Positions 47,753 to 56,253 of a DNA stretch of 64,000 bases are shown here, one piece after another. A model generated the notes under the pieces. It ran no database searches and was not told the DNA's origin. It saw only the letters and a list, made by a program, of their open reading frames with translations. The position numbers were made by a program, and so were the translations under genes. The stretch comes from a virus. Position 1 is the stretch's first letter. Each line of letters opens with the position of its first letter. The stretch lies in the IMG/VR virus record IMGVR_UViG_3300047094_002472. The stretch is one strand, 5' to 3'.

Positions 47753-48396
47753 GTTAGAACTCCTCTGATTGTGTCGAGGGCTTTATTTAGGCCTTGTCTG
47801 ACAGCCTCTCTAGTGACCCCGTACTTGCTTCCAATTTGTTCGAATGTATAAGATTCAAAGTAATATAATTTGATATAGTCTTTTTGTTTATCTGTCAAAC
47901 TATTTAGTGAAAGAAGCTGTTCTATAAGAGATGATAAATTTTCTGATTCTTCATTTTTCATAGCTATATCATCGGGTTGCTCACATCTAGCATCGGCAGA
48001 CAGTGAATGATAGCCGCTATCATTTTCATCTGTTACATAATCTAGAGAATAAGCCTTTGTTCTCTTGGTGTGCTTATGTTCCTTTGAAACATATGTTTTT
48101 ATGGCCCACAAAGCACACTGATTTCTGTAAGAGTACTTGGTTTTCTTTGCTCCATTTAGTCCAAGCCTATTATCATCCCATCTCCAATCCGCCATCATGA
48201 TAGCATTAGCTATTGAGGATACCGCGTCCTCGTCCTTAAGCATTTTTGCTGATAGTCCACTATAAAATTTTGGACCAAACTTAGATATGGCCTTTTTTGC
48301 TAGTAGTATATAAGTTTTTAGATCGTCAAACTTTATGGTGTTGTGGTCTTTGTATTCGATTTTTTGATCGCCGATTCCATTAATCTGTAATAGCAT
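47749..48396 (-). CDS. Phage RNA polymerase sigma70-family factor
   Basis: Region-2-like A..RWD..KYSY..W.I; region-4 HTH LTDKQKDYIKLYY..YTFEQIG..YGVTREAVRQ. Confidence 0.8.
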   Translation of the reverse strand: MLLQINGIGDQKIEYKDHNTIKFDDLKTYILLAKKAISKFGPKFYSGLSAKMLKDEDAVSSIANAIMMADWRWDDNRLGLNGAKKTKYSYRNQCALWAIKTYVSKEHKHTKRTKAYSLDYVTDENDSGYHSLSADARCEQPDDIAMKNEESENLSSLIEQLLSLNSLTDKQKDYIKLYYFESYTFEQIGSKYGVTREAVRQGLNKALDTIRGVLT

Positions 48397-48495
48397 TGGT
48401 TTCCTTTGTGTAATCCTTGGGGTTTGTGTCCTTATGTCTTGAATCGACCGTGGGCGACTCAGACTTTAGTGAGAATACCTGATGTATTCCAAAAG

Positions 48496-48963
48496 TCAAC
48501 TAGTCTTCTTTGTCAACTTGTTCCACTGGTCTGGGTCGGGCCTATCCTTATCTCCTCGTTTAGCTGGCTTATATTTCTTTCCTTCTCTTTGCTTCTTTTT
48601 ACGAATATTCTCCCATAATCCCGGAAGATCTTTCTTTGCTACATTGTGTTGAGCTTCAGAAACATACATAATAAAATCATGTATAGTTCTCATATAGTCT
48701 TCTGTTATGGCTATTTTCCCTTGTAGCCAGCTTTCTGTTAGGTTGTCTCGCACCGTTGGGTTTTCTAAAGAATCGAGAATAGATTTGCTATGATTCATAA
48801 TCGCCCTGATCGACCCAACACTCATTTCATAGAAGTCTTTCTTATATTCCATCATTTCTTGTTCTGTTGTTTCTATTTCTTCCATAGACATAAAGTCTTC
48901 AGATTCTTCAGCAGAAGAAAAGTATTGCTTGATATTGTTCAGTATTTCATTAAATCGTGACAT
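48496..48963 (-). CDS. Hypothetical phage protein
   Basis: ESWLQGKIAITEDY and GLWENIRKKK..KPAK.GDKDRP segments resemble modules I associate with large-phage proteins. Confidence 0.6.
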   Translation of the reverse strand: MSRFNEILNNIKQYFSSAEESEDFMSMEEIETTEQEMMEYKKDFYEMSVGSIRAIMNHSKSILDSLENPTVRDNLTESWLQGKIAITEDYMRTIHDFIMYVSEAQHNVAKKDLPGLWENIRKKKQREGKKYKPAKRGDKDRPDPDQWNKLTKKTS

Positions 48964-49009
48964 GTTTGATCCTTTTTATTGGTTCAGTTCAGAAATTATT
49001 TTATGGTTG

Positions 49010-49750
49010 TTAACTATTGTTTTCTTTTTGAATGGTTTTAAGTAGTCTATAGTACACTGCTTTAGCTTTACTATGATCATATCCACTTATTTTAGCATAG
49101 TCTTCTATGATTCTTTTAGGAGTTTTATTTTTGTCGTAGACCCGATTAAAAATTTCTAATTGTTTTTGTTTTGTTAATCCAATATATTCTGGTTTATATA
49201 GTCTCAACCAATCTTTAAATTTTGACCTGTTAATACTATGTCTTGTTGCAAAATCCTGTTGTGTTTCTAGGGGGTTGGTTGCCCAATCTTCTATTAATTC
49301 TATAACTCTATTATATGGAATCGTTAAGTTTCTATCTCTATTGGCAATAATTTTATTTTTATCTTTGTTTATTCTCTTAAGGGCTTTTGATATTTTATTT
49401 CTAGTAGATTTTGTTCTTTTTTTATGTATATAAGAATAGTCAGTTGAGCTAGATAAAATATTGGTTAAGAATCCGGTTTTATTGACTTTTCTTCCAAACC
49501 ATCTTATTAAGAATTCTTCTCTACTCTCTGCCTCCTCTTTAGTCTTGATTTGCCAAAGAACTTTAACAAAAAAATCATACTTTGCAATTGTATTCAGCTT
49601 ATAGGGGTTGCTCTTTTCTTTTTGATGATTCTGCATTCTAAAATAGAAATTTTTATCTGAAGAAGAAATTCCTATATAAAATAAATTTTCTTCCAAAAAA
49701 CCAGTTTTATACTTTGTGTTTTTCTTGTATAGTGCGTATACGTAGTACAT
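49010..49750 (-). CDS. Free-standing GIY-YIG endonuclease (homing-type)
   Basis: YYVYAL..FYIG..R..H..EEFLI..G..LTN; basic NUMOD-like linker; very AT-rich. Confidence 0.75.
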   Translation of the reverse strand: MYYVYALYKKNTKYKTGFLEENLFYIGISSSDKNFYFRMQNHQKEKSNPYKLNTIAKYDFFVKVLWQIKTKEEAESREEFLIRWFGRKVNKTGFLTNILSSSTDYSYIHKKRTKSTRNKISKALKRINKDKNKIIANRDRNLTIPYNRVIELIEDWATNPLETQQDFATRHSINRSKFKDWLRLYKPEYIGLTKQKQLEIFNRVYDKNKTPKRIIEDYAKISGYDHSKAKAVYYRLLKTIQKENNS

Positions 49751-49774
49751 AATGGTGATGCTCCATAAGAGAAA

Positions 49775-49780
49775 TACACC
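49775..49780 (-). promoter_or_regulatory. GGTGTA motif upstream of the GIY-YIG gene
   Basis: - strand ATGGTGTATTTC, about 25 bp before the start. Confidence 0.5.
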
Positions 49781-49807
49781 ATAAAAATAGGATCTCCAAA
49801 ATTATAT

Positions 49808-50458
49808 TTAGGTTAAATCGGATACTTTTTTATTTGACCAAAATTTGCAGGACCAATATTTGGCCTTATATCTTGGACCAGGATTATCACATCCGTGTCT
49901 GGCTCGAAAATTTTTACGACGTTCAGGACTATCTCTTTTTATAGATCGCTCTGGATCACCAAAATTTACCTTTACAACATTCCCCTTATCGTTCTTTACA
50001 TAAACGCTGAATTTTTTAGGACCGTCAGGGGTTCTAAAGGGTTTATTGAGTTGAACCTTTCTGCCTTGATATTCTGATCCTTGAGACATAAAAACTAGAA
50101 CTCTGCCGTCTTTTTTCTTTATTCCAGGGTTTTGAAAATAATAAAGTTCTTGCGTTAAAGGATCCATATAAATATATCTAGCTATTATTGGTAATATATA
50201 TTCTTCAGAAGCTTCTCCAACATCCATATATTCATTATCGGCTGGAAAATAAGCATTACTCTCCGTTAATAGCTCAACATCAGGATCGTGTTCTAGTATT
50301 TCGCATACCTGTTCTACAAGAGAGGCTTTGGTTTGACCTAGACAAACAGCTACTCTTTGTTTAGAGTCATCATAGTCCTTTTTCATAGCTTCATCACTCA
50401 TGCAACGAGAAAGAAATTTCTGTTCGTCTTCGTTGTTCTCTGGTTTTGGAATAGGCAT
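49808..50458 (-). CDS. Phage protein with a C-terminal DUF6321-like domain
   Basis: MPIPKP..FLSRCM..QR.AVC N-module; EYQGRKV.LNKPFRTP.GPKKF.VYVK..FGDP..RR..FRARH.C..YWSC C-module; start 50458 after AGGAG. Confidence 0.6.
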   Translation of the reverse strand: MPIPKPENNEDEQKFLSRCMSDEAMKKDYDDSKQRVAVCLGQTKASLVEQVCEILEHDPDVELLTESNAYFPADNEYMDVGEASEEYILPIIARYIYMDPLTQELYYFQNPGIKKKDGRVLVFMSQGSEYQGRKVQLNKPFRTPDGPKKFSVYVKNDKGNVVKVNFGDPERSIKRDSPERRKNFRARHGCDNPGPRYKAKYWSCKFWSNKKVSDLT

Positions 50459-50481
50459 GTAGTATCTCCTTAGTGTAATTA

Positions 50482-50487
50482 TACACC
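50482..50487 (-). promoter_or_regulatory. GGTGTA motif (here GGTGTATAAT)
   Basis: About 24 bp before the ATG at 50458. Confidence 0.55.
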
Positions 50488-50498
50488 GCAATTTGATC

Positions 50499-51617
50499 TT
50501 ATTTTTTATTTTTATGGGTTATCCGTAGAATATCTAAACAGGTATTATGCCACGTTCTATTGGTCATTTTTTCTACTCCGGATGGATTAGACCTAATTTC
50601 ATTTTTATAAACGTGTCTCATATAATCAATAGTTTCGTCTAGCACCGACTGGTCCAGCTTTGCCCAATTACTCTCCCCATATAGTATTCTGTTATCGTAT
50701 GCTTTTTCTTGAGATCTTATATTGGCCCTATAAAGGTGTTCACTTTCAGGATACTCAGCAACAACCCCGCACTGTGTAGCTATTACAGGCTTGTTCATAA
50801 CCATAGCCTCAGATATGCTTGTGCCGGTAGAGCATACTCTTTGTGGGGATAACAAACAATCTGCTGATAGGATGAAATCAGCCATATCGTATTGGGTTTG
50901 TAATCTATTGTATAAAAATATTTTTTCCTTATGTGGTATATTATCTACCAAAGACAACCACTTATTTGTTTCTTCTTCTGTTAAAAAATCATTAGTTGGT
51001 AATAATCTAAGTTCGACATTATCTGTCTTTTTGAAAGCAAGACTAAATGCCTTAATCAAGAAATCATGACCATTACTCAGAGACCACTTACCAGTAGAGT
51101 AGAATATATAGTTATTATTAGATCTATCAGCTACTTGTTCTGGAACAGTGAAAATAGATCTATCAACTCCTAGAGATATCTTGTGTATTGGAACTTTTAT
51201 CTGATTCTTAATCAGTATATCTTTTGCCCAATCAGAGCTGACAAAAATTCCGTCTGTGTAGTTTAGGTGATGCACTTCTGAGGCCGTTAGATAGTCTGTG
51301 TCCGGTATCACTAAAGAGTAATACTTACCTTTTCCTGGTCTAGTAGCCAGATCATGGGGATGCCATATCTTAAGTGCTGGTGCTCTATAATTAAATTGTC
51401 TACTATATTTTATAGCCCCAGAGCAAATATCTGCTTCTTCTGTGCTATTAAATAACAACTTGCCGTCTATAAGAATAGGAAATAAAGAGGTGTCTATATC
51501 TATGCCCCTAAAGCCCTTTAAGATGCTCATAGAAATAGAACCTAAATTATCCCCGCCTATAGGACACATTAGGTTTAGTTGTTGTTTTTTAGTGGTTTTT
51601 ATTTTAGTTTTACTCAT
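50499..51617 (-). CDS. GT-B (GT4-like) glycosyltransferase with a divergent active site
   Basis: FVSSDW..LGVDRSIF..GKW..GHDFLIKAF..ADC..P..EAM..KPVIAT; the first Glu of the EX7E motif is absent. Confidence 0.75.
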   Translation of the reverse strand: MSKTKIKTTKKQQLNLMCPIGGDNLGSISMSILKGFRGIDIDTSLFPILIDGKLLFNSTEEADICSGAIKYSRQFNYRAPALKIWHPHDLATRPGKGKYYSLVIPDTDYLTASEVHHLNYTDGIFVSSDWAKDILIKNQIKVPIHKISLGVDRSIFTVPEQVADRSNNNYIFYSTGKWSLSNGHDFLIKAFSLAFKKTDNVELRLLPTNDFLTEEETNKWLSLVDNIPHKEKIFLYNRLQTQYDMADFILSADCLLSPQRVCSTGTSISEAMVMNKPVIATQCGVVAEYPESEHLYRANIRSQEKAYDNRILYGESNWAKLDQSVLDETIDYMRHVYKNEIRSNPSGVEKMTNRTWHNTCLDILRITHKNKK

Positions 51618-52746
51618 GGATTTTATTATGTGTGTTATTTACCTGTATGAATGTAGTTTTTTTGCCAAAATCTTTTATTTTGGACGCACCGATATATGTA
51701 CATGCACTTCTCAGTCCACCAAAAATATCTAATAAAATTTCTTGTACTGGTCCCTTGTATGGTATGGTAACGCACCGTCCTTCGCTGGTTCTATAATTAG
51801 CCACCCCGTTGTGGTGTTTTTCCATAGCTTCTTTTGAACTCATACCATAAAACCTAAGATTCTTTTTACGTTTTTCTGTTTTATATCCTGGGTTATGCGA
51901 TTGCCACCACTCACTGTGTACGGATTTATCATTATTAATAATAGAGCATCTATACTCATGAGACCACTCACCTTCACACTCTTCGCAGCCTGCAAAAAAA
52001 TTGCCACACATTACAAAGTCTGCGTTAGTACCAAAAACCTTACAAATATCTCCTACGTATCTACAGCCTCCATCCCCGCAGATATGTCCTCCAAGACCAT
52101 GAGCCGCATCGGAACACTCTAAACAAGCAGAGATTTGACCATATCCGACACCTGTTTTTAGTCTTGTTGTGCAGACAGATCCTGGGCCTATACCTATCTT
52201 GATAATATCTACTTTTCCATGTAGTAATAATTCCTCTACCATTTCCGGTGTTACTACATTACCCGCCATTATAACTATGTCTTCGTATAACCGACGAATG
52301 TGGGCTACTGTTTTTACAAATTTTTCACTATAACCATTTGCTACATCAACGCACAAATTAGGTAGAGGACAACCTCTATCTCTTAGACTATTAAAAACAA
52401 ATGTTAGTTTTTCTATATCACTTGCGGATGTGCCGGTGGAATAGAAGGTTAGTTCTTTATGGTCATTTTTACTATTACAATAGTAATCTATTAAGGTTTC
52501 TGGTTTATAATGTTTATGTAGTGCTACCATGGCTTGATTATGACATACCACATCGGCCATAGCAAATGTGCCAGTTGTATCCATATTTGCCACAATAACC
52601 GGTATAGCAGAAAATCTTCTTGGTGAGTGCAAAAACTTGAAGTCTCTTACTAAGCAAACCTCGGATCTGCTAGATAGTGTGGATCTTTTTGGTCTAATTA
52701 GAACATCATCAAAATCAAGCTTTAGTTCATTAATAATTTTTTGCAT
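51610..52746 (-). CDS. guaC: GMP reductase
   Basis: LDFDDVLIRPKRSTL.SRSEV, ANMDTTGTF, DVANGYSE, KIGIGPGSVCTTR, FYGMSS, YRTSEG, GGLRSACTY. Confidence 0.93.
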   Translation of the reverse strand: MQKIINELKLDFDDVLIRPKRSTLSSRSEVCLVRDFKFLHSPRRFSAIPVIVANMDTTGTFAMADVVCHNQAMVALHKHYKPETLIDYYCNSKNDHKELTFYSTGTSASDIEKLTFVFNSLRDRGCPLPNLCVDVANGYSEKFVKTVAHIRRLYEDIVIMAGNVVTPEMVEELLLHGKVDIIKIGIGPGSVCTTRLKTGVGYGQISACLECSDAAHGLGGHICGDGGCRYVGDICKVFGTNADFVMCGNFFAGCEECEGEWSHEYRCSIINNDKSVHSEWWQSHNPGYKTEKRKKNLRFYGMSSKEAMEKHHNGVANYRTSEGRCVTIPYKGPVQEILLDIFGGLRSACTYIGASKIKDFGKKTTFIQVNNTHNKIHE

Positions 52747-52747
52747 A

Positions 52748-52954
52748 TTACTGAGTTCTTTTCATAAAGTTATCTGTGTCGTAACATTTCCATGTTTTGT
52801 GGTCATCAAAACCTTGTTCACTAACGCATATTTTGGGTCCGGTCATAATACCCCTGCCCTTATAGTGTTTCAATGCCGCTAGTATAGCTGACTCATGATC
52901 TGGAGAATCTATAATGTATTTGATTTGTCCAGACTTAACATAATATTTTGGCAT
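52748..52954 (-). CDS. Small hypothetical protein
   Basis: 68-aa ORF packed between its neighbours. Confidence 0.55.
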   Translation of the reverse strand: MPKYYVKSGQIKYIIDSPDHESAILAALKHYKGRGIMTGPKICVSEQGFDDHKTWKCYDTDNFMKRTQ

Positions 52955-52955
52955 A

Positions 52956-53486
52956 TTAAACCGAAAAAAAATACCATCTTTTATAGGTATCTATGTTTTC
53001 TGCAGAGTTGATGTGGGATAGATACTCTTTTATGTCGTTCCATGAAGAGAATATCGTTTGGTGAGGAATTGTGCCAAAGAGCCAGTCGGGAGCATTAATC
53101 TTGCCTTGTTCCATATGAACAATAATGGGTTTCTTCTGACGATTGGCCCAAAAAATTTCTTCATATGTTCCGCATGGGTGAATATCTAGATTTAAATTAA
53201 CCACTAAAAAATCGCTTATGTCAACCAATCTAAGATCAACTCTACGAATCACCTTCATCATTTCGGCTAGTTCGTCATATCTTTCTTTTTGCTTTAGTTT
53301 GGTTTTAATAATATGAGAATCGTGGTCTTCCATTCCGGTTGTGGTAGGCTTTGTAATGGGATTAAAAACAACCACACCCATATCTTCCAAGAATGGAGTT
53401 ATATTATCCCTCCATGTGGTTCCTCTATCCGGCACCCTATCCATCGCACCGGCCAAATAAACTCTTTGATTTTTAAGTCTATTCAT
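52956..53486 (-). CDS. Nucleoside 2-deoxyribosyltransferase / nucleotide N-hydrolase-like protein
   Basis: VYLAGAM..WR..FNP..D...V..SD.LVV..CGT.EE..A..KPII. Confidence 0.8.
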   Translation of the reverse strand: MNRLKNQRVYLAGAMDRVPDRGTTWRDNITPFLEDMGVVVFNPITKPTTTGMEDHDSHIIKTKLKQKERYDELAEMMKVIRRVDLRLVDISDFLVVNLNLDIHPCGTYEEIFWANRQKKPIIVHMEQGKINAPDWLFGTIPHQTIFSSWNDIKEYLSHINSAENIDTYKRWYFFSV

Positions 53487-53629
53487 TGTGTCCTTTTATC
53501 TAGAAAAAGAAATCCCGCTAAGTTTGAAGATGGTTCTGTTCCTGAGATCAACCCATTATGGGTTCTAGATAACATGGTTCCACCCTCATACCAGCCAACT
53601 ATCATAGCAATCAATAGTATATAAAACAT
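53483..53629 (-). CDS. Small protein with a hydrophobic N-terminus, 48 aa (not in the ORF track)
   Basis: MFYILLIAMIVGWYEGGTMLSRTHNG...; ATGA overlap with the next gene. Confidence 0.45.
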   Translation of the reverse strand: MFYILLIAMIVGWYEGGTMLSRTHNGLISGTEPSSNLAGFLFLDKRTQ

Positions 53630-53632
53630 TCT

Positions 53633-53866
53633 TCACTCTTCTGGAGATAGTAGTCCGGACGAAAGAACAATTTCTTCTGTTTGTGGGTTCTTAACTACTG
53701 TTTGTTCTACTCCAGCTGTTGATTCTATAATTGAAACAATCTCTCTTGGATTGGTCAGATTTTGTAGGCTACCTAGTAGTTGGTTAACACTCTCCGCAGA
53801 AGATTCTGATACTGTGGTTACTGATACTGTGTAGTTGTTTAGTAGAAGGTTTAGGGTAGTTGACAT
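53633..53866 (-). CDS. Hypothetical protein
   Basis: 77 aa; AAGGAG RBS. Confidence 0.55.
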   Translation of the reverse strand: MSTTLNLLLNNYTVSVTTVSESSAESVNQLLGSLQNLTNPREIVSIIESTAGVEQTVVKNPQTEEIVLSSGLLSPEE

Positions 53867-53881
53867 TCATGCTCCTTTGCT

Positions 53882-54175
53882 TTATTGTTGTTGGTTTATG
53901 GTATCTATAATAATGGACGAAACTAAAGAATAAATTTCTTTCTTTTCATGATTTGTGTAGCCTAATGAGAGGTCTTCGGTCTTTTCAAAAGAAAATCCTG
54001 GATAATATTTATTACAAAGACCATTAATAAAATTAACACTAATTCGTTCATCAATAATTTTTTTGTGTGATATTAGGTGATTAATTTTTTCTAGAACTTC
54101 GGGGGTTTCACCATACTTGCGTTCTAGCCTATTAATTAGCCATACCAAAAATTCTTTGCATTGTTGATTGTTCAT
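53882..54175 (-). CDS. Hypothetical protein
   Basis: FL.WL..RL..KYGE motif; follows a sigma70-like promoter. Confidence 0.55.
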   Translation of the reverse strand: MNNQQCKEFLVWLINRLERKYGETPEVLEKINHLISHKKIIDERISVNFINGLCNKYYPGFSFEKTEDLSLGYTNHEKKEIYSLVSSIIIDTINQQQ

Positions 54176-54199
54176 CTCTTGCTCCAAAAGTCTTGCATT

Positions 54200-54228
54200 A
54201 GTGTAGCGTATGGATCTTTTGGTGTCAA
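54200..54228 (-). promoter_or_regulatory. Sigma70-like promoter TTGACA-17-TACACT
   Basis: Near-consensus, upstream of the gene run that includes the deoxyribosyltransferase and guaC. Confidence 0.65.
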
Positions 54229-54779
54229 GTCTTTTTGTTTATGTCGTAGATGAATACTTGGAAATCACTCCAGATATCATCTATTAGATCGCTAATAAAA
54301 CCCCAGTTACCACCAGCAAGACCGCTACCAAACTTTGGAGCATGTATTTGTACTGACTGATCGGTATTTATTTTTTCTTTAATATATTTGGATACTGATA
54401 GCATGGATCTGCATAAGGCCAAATAGTTTAACGGCCTTTTATTTCTTGGAGATATTGTTCCATTTTGAGATATCATATTGGCAAAAATAATTTGATTATT
54501 ATTCTTTTTATGTTCTCTTGCAAGTATAAACTGTGAGTATCCGAGGTTTTTCTTTAAAAAGGATGGTCCTAGCATATGATAGTTATCTCTAACGATGGGA
54601 TAATGCTGTACTATTCCTGCTGTAAAACCACCACCAAAAACATCAACATTATTGCATACGTGTGGAACAATAATAGTAGTGCTGTGAGAGCTAGATAATA
54701 TTAAACGGTCTAACGATAAAAAAATATCATCTTTTATAGTTGAAAATGTGTGCTGTGGTATAGAGGCCGTTTTTTTCAT
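54225..54779 (-). CDS. Macro domain protein (DarG/Poa1p-like ADP-ribose glycohydrolase)
   Basis: HVCNN...FGGGF..I...YP, NMISQ, LNY.AL, IHAPKFGSGLAGGNW..I. Confidence 0.85.
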   Translation of the reverse strand: MKKTASIPQHTFSTIKDDIFLSLDRLILSSSHSTTIIVPHVCNNVDVFGGGFTAGIVQHYPIVRDNYHMLGPSFLKKNLGYSQFILAREHKKNNNQIIFANMISQNGTISPRNKRPLNYLALCRSMLSVSKYIKEKINTDQSVQIHAPKFGSGLAGGNWGFISDLIDDIWSDFQVFIYDINKKT

Positions 54780-54800
54780 AAGTCTCTCCGTTTTCAAAAT

Positions 54801-54829
54801 ATAATAGGAGAGGCCAGCAGCTTAGTCAA
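54801..54829 (-). promoter_or_regulatory. Sigma70-like promoter TTGACT-17-TATTAT
   Basis: Near-consensus, about 22 bp upstream of the macro-domain ATG (GGAG RBS). Confidence 0.65.
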
Positions 54830-54912
54830 GATCTACGACTTATGGGTAAGGGTGTTAGAACTATAGCTAAAACACTATTTTACGATTATAATAATATGTA
54901 TCTATTTTCTTT

Positions 54913-56253
54913 TTAAGAGCATGCTGGCTCTTCTGCATCGATAGAAACATATTCATCTCTAGTTGATACCACCACGAAGTTTATGTACGAACATCGTTGT
55001 TCGACAAAAAATTCTGCTTCTGAGCAACACTCCCCTTGATTTGAGGGTCTGAAACCAGCAATAATTTCTGGTATGTTGCTAAAAGAGTTTGGTATATGTG
55101 TTATTAAACTAATTGTGTATCTGATTTGCTGCTGAGATTCTATATATTCTGCCCCACTGTATATGTCTAGCGTGGGAGCAACCTGATAGGTGGATGATTG
55201 AATAGACACTTGTTCCGGTGAGCCTATACTTTGGGGGTTAACAATATCACATACTTTGGAGGGGCAATCAACTAAGCATATGCCTCTGTCGTCGTTTTCG
55301 TATGGTTCACAGCATTCTTTATTGTTCGGGCAGTCAGAGTCTGTGTTGCAGCACGGCTTTTCATTAATGCCTGCGGTTGCGTGTGGTCCACAGCAGCATT
55401 TCCAGCCGCCGTACCCGGCTATGGTACCGTCTCCGTTATAGTTTGTGACTCTAACTACGGCTCCTCTACAATCCGAGCATAACAAACCCCTCTTGCAAGC
55501 ATTATAGGCTCCAGGCCAGATACGACCATCGACTGCGAAGGCTTCCCAGGGATATTGTGTGCCTGGACCTATAGCAACACCAGCTAGTTTGCAATCTTTA
55601 GTCCATGAGTCTCCGGGTGGTGGGGGTGGAGGTATCTGTGGTTTGGGTAGTGGTACGCCGCCGCCGCCACCAATTCCGCCTCCACCACCGCCTGGGCCTC
55701 CGCCACCATCGCCATCTCCGGGTGGGTCTTCATAGCCAGGTGGTGTTATTTCGCCTCCCCAACCAGCGCCCGGCCACGGGTCCTCTTCTTCTGGAGGAAA
55801 GCCGCTTCCAGAGCCGCTTCCTGAGCCAGATGAGCTTTTACTGGGGCCACTACCCGATCCAGAACTGCTTCCGCTTCCGGACTTACCTTCGCCGTCCCCG
55901 GATTTGCCAATACTTCCTGATCCAGATCCGCTATTTGACGAGCTGCTAGAACCACTTCCAGATGAGCTAGAACAACCACAGTCTCTACAACAATCATCAT
56001 AGTTTTCATATGTACCATCATCGGCCAGAATACATCTTGTTTCTCCAAAAAAATCAGTGTCACACTTCCATGCAATATTAAATGGTGTGGTGGTTGGGCC
56101 AAAAGTGGTGGTTGGGCCAAAAGTTGTTGTTGTTGTTGTTGTTGTTGTAACTCCTATACATTCTTCTTGAGTTAAATATGGTCCACCAATAATATCATAT
56201 ATTGATTGATCTATAGAAGAAACAGATGAATATATACAGTTTTGGCAACTCAT
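54913..56253 (-). CDS. Cys-rich low-complexity protein (poly-T, S/G, G and P tracts), putative virion surface protein
   Basis: Cys modules separated by TTTT, SGSG, GGGG and PPPP tracts; ATGA-coupled to 56250..60743. Confidence 0.65.
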   Translation of the reverse strand: MSCQNCIYSSVSSIDQSIYDIIGGPYLTQEECIGVTTTTTTTTTFGPTTTFGPTTTPFNIAWKCDTDFFGETRCILADDGTYENYDDCCRDCGCSSSSGSGSSSSSNSGSGSGSIGKSGDGEGKSGSGSSSGSGSGPSKSSSGSGSGSGSGFPPEEEDPWPGAGWGGEITPPGYEDPPGDGDGGGGPGGGGGGIGGGGGVPLPKPQIPPPPPPGDSWTKDCKLAGVAIGPGTQYPWEAFAVDGRIWPGAYNACKRGLLCSDCRGAVVRVTNYNGDGTIAGYGGWKCCCGPHATAGINEKPCCNTDSDCPNNKECCEPYENDDRGICLVDCPSKVCDIVNPQSIGSPEQVSIQSSTYQVAPTLDIYSGAEYIESQQQIRYTISLITHIPNSFSNIPEIIAGFRPSNQGECCSEAEFFVEQRCSYINFVVVSTRDEYVSIDAEEPACS

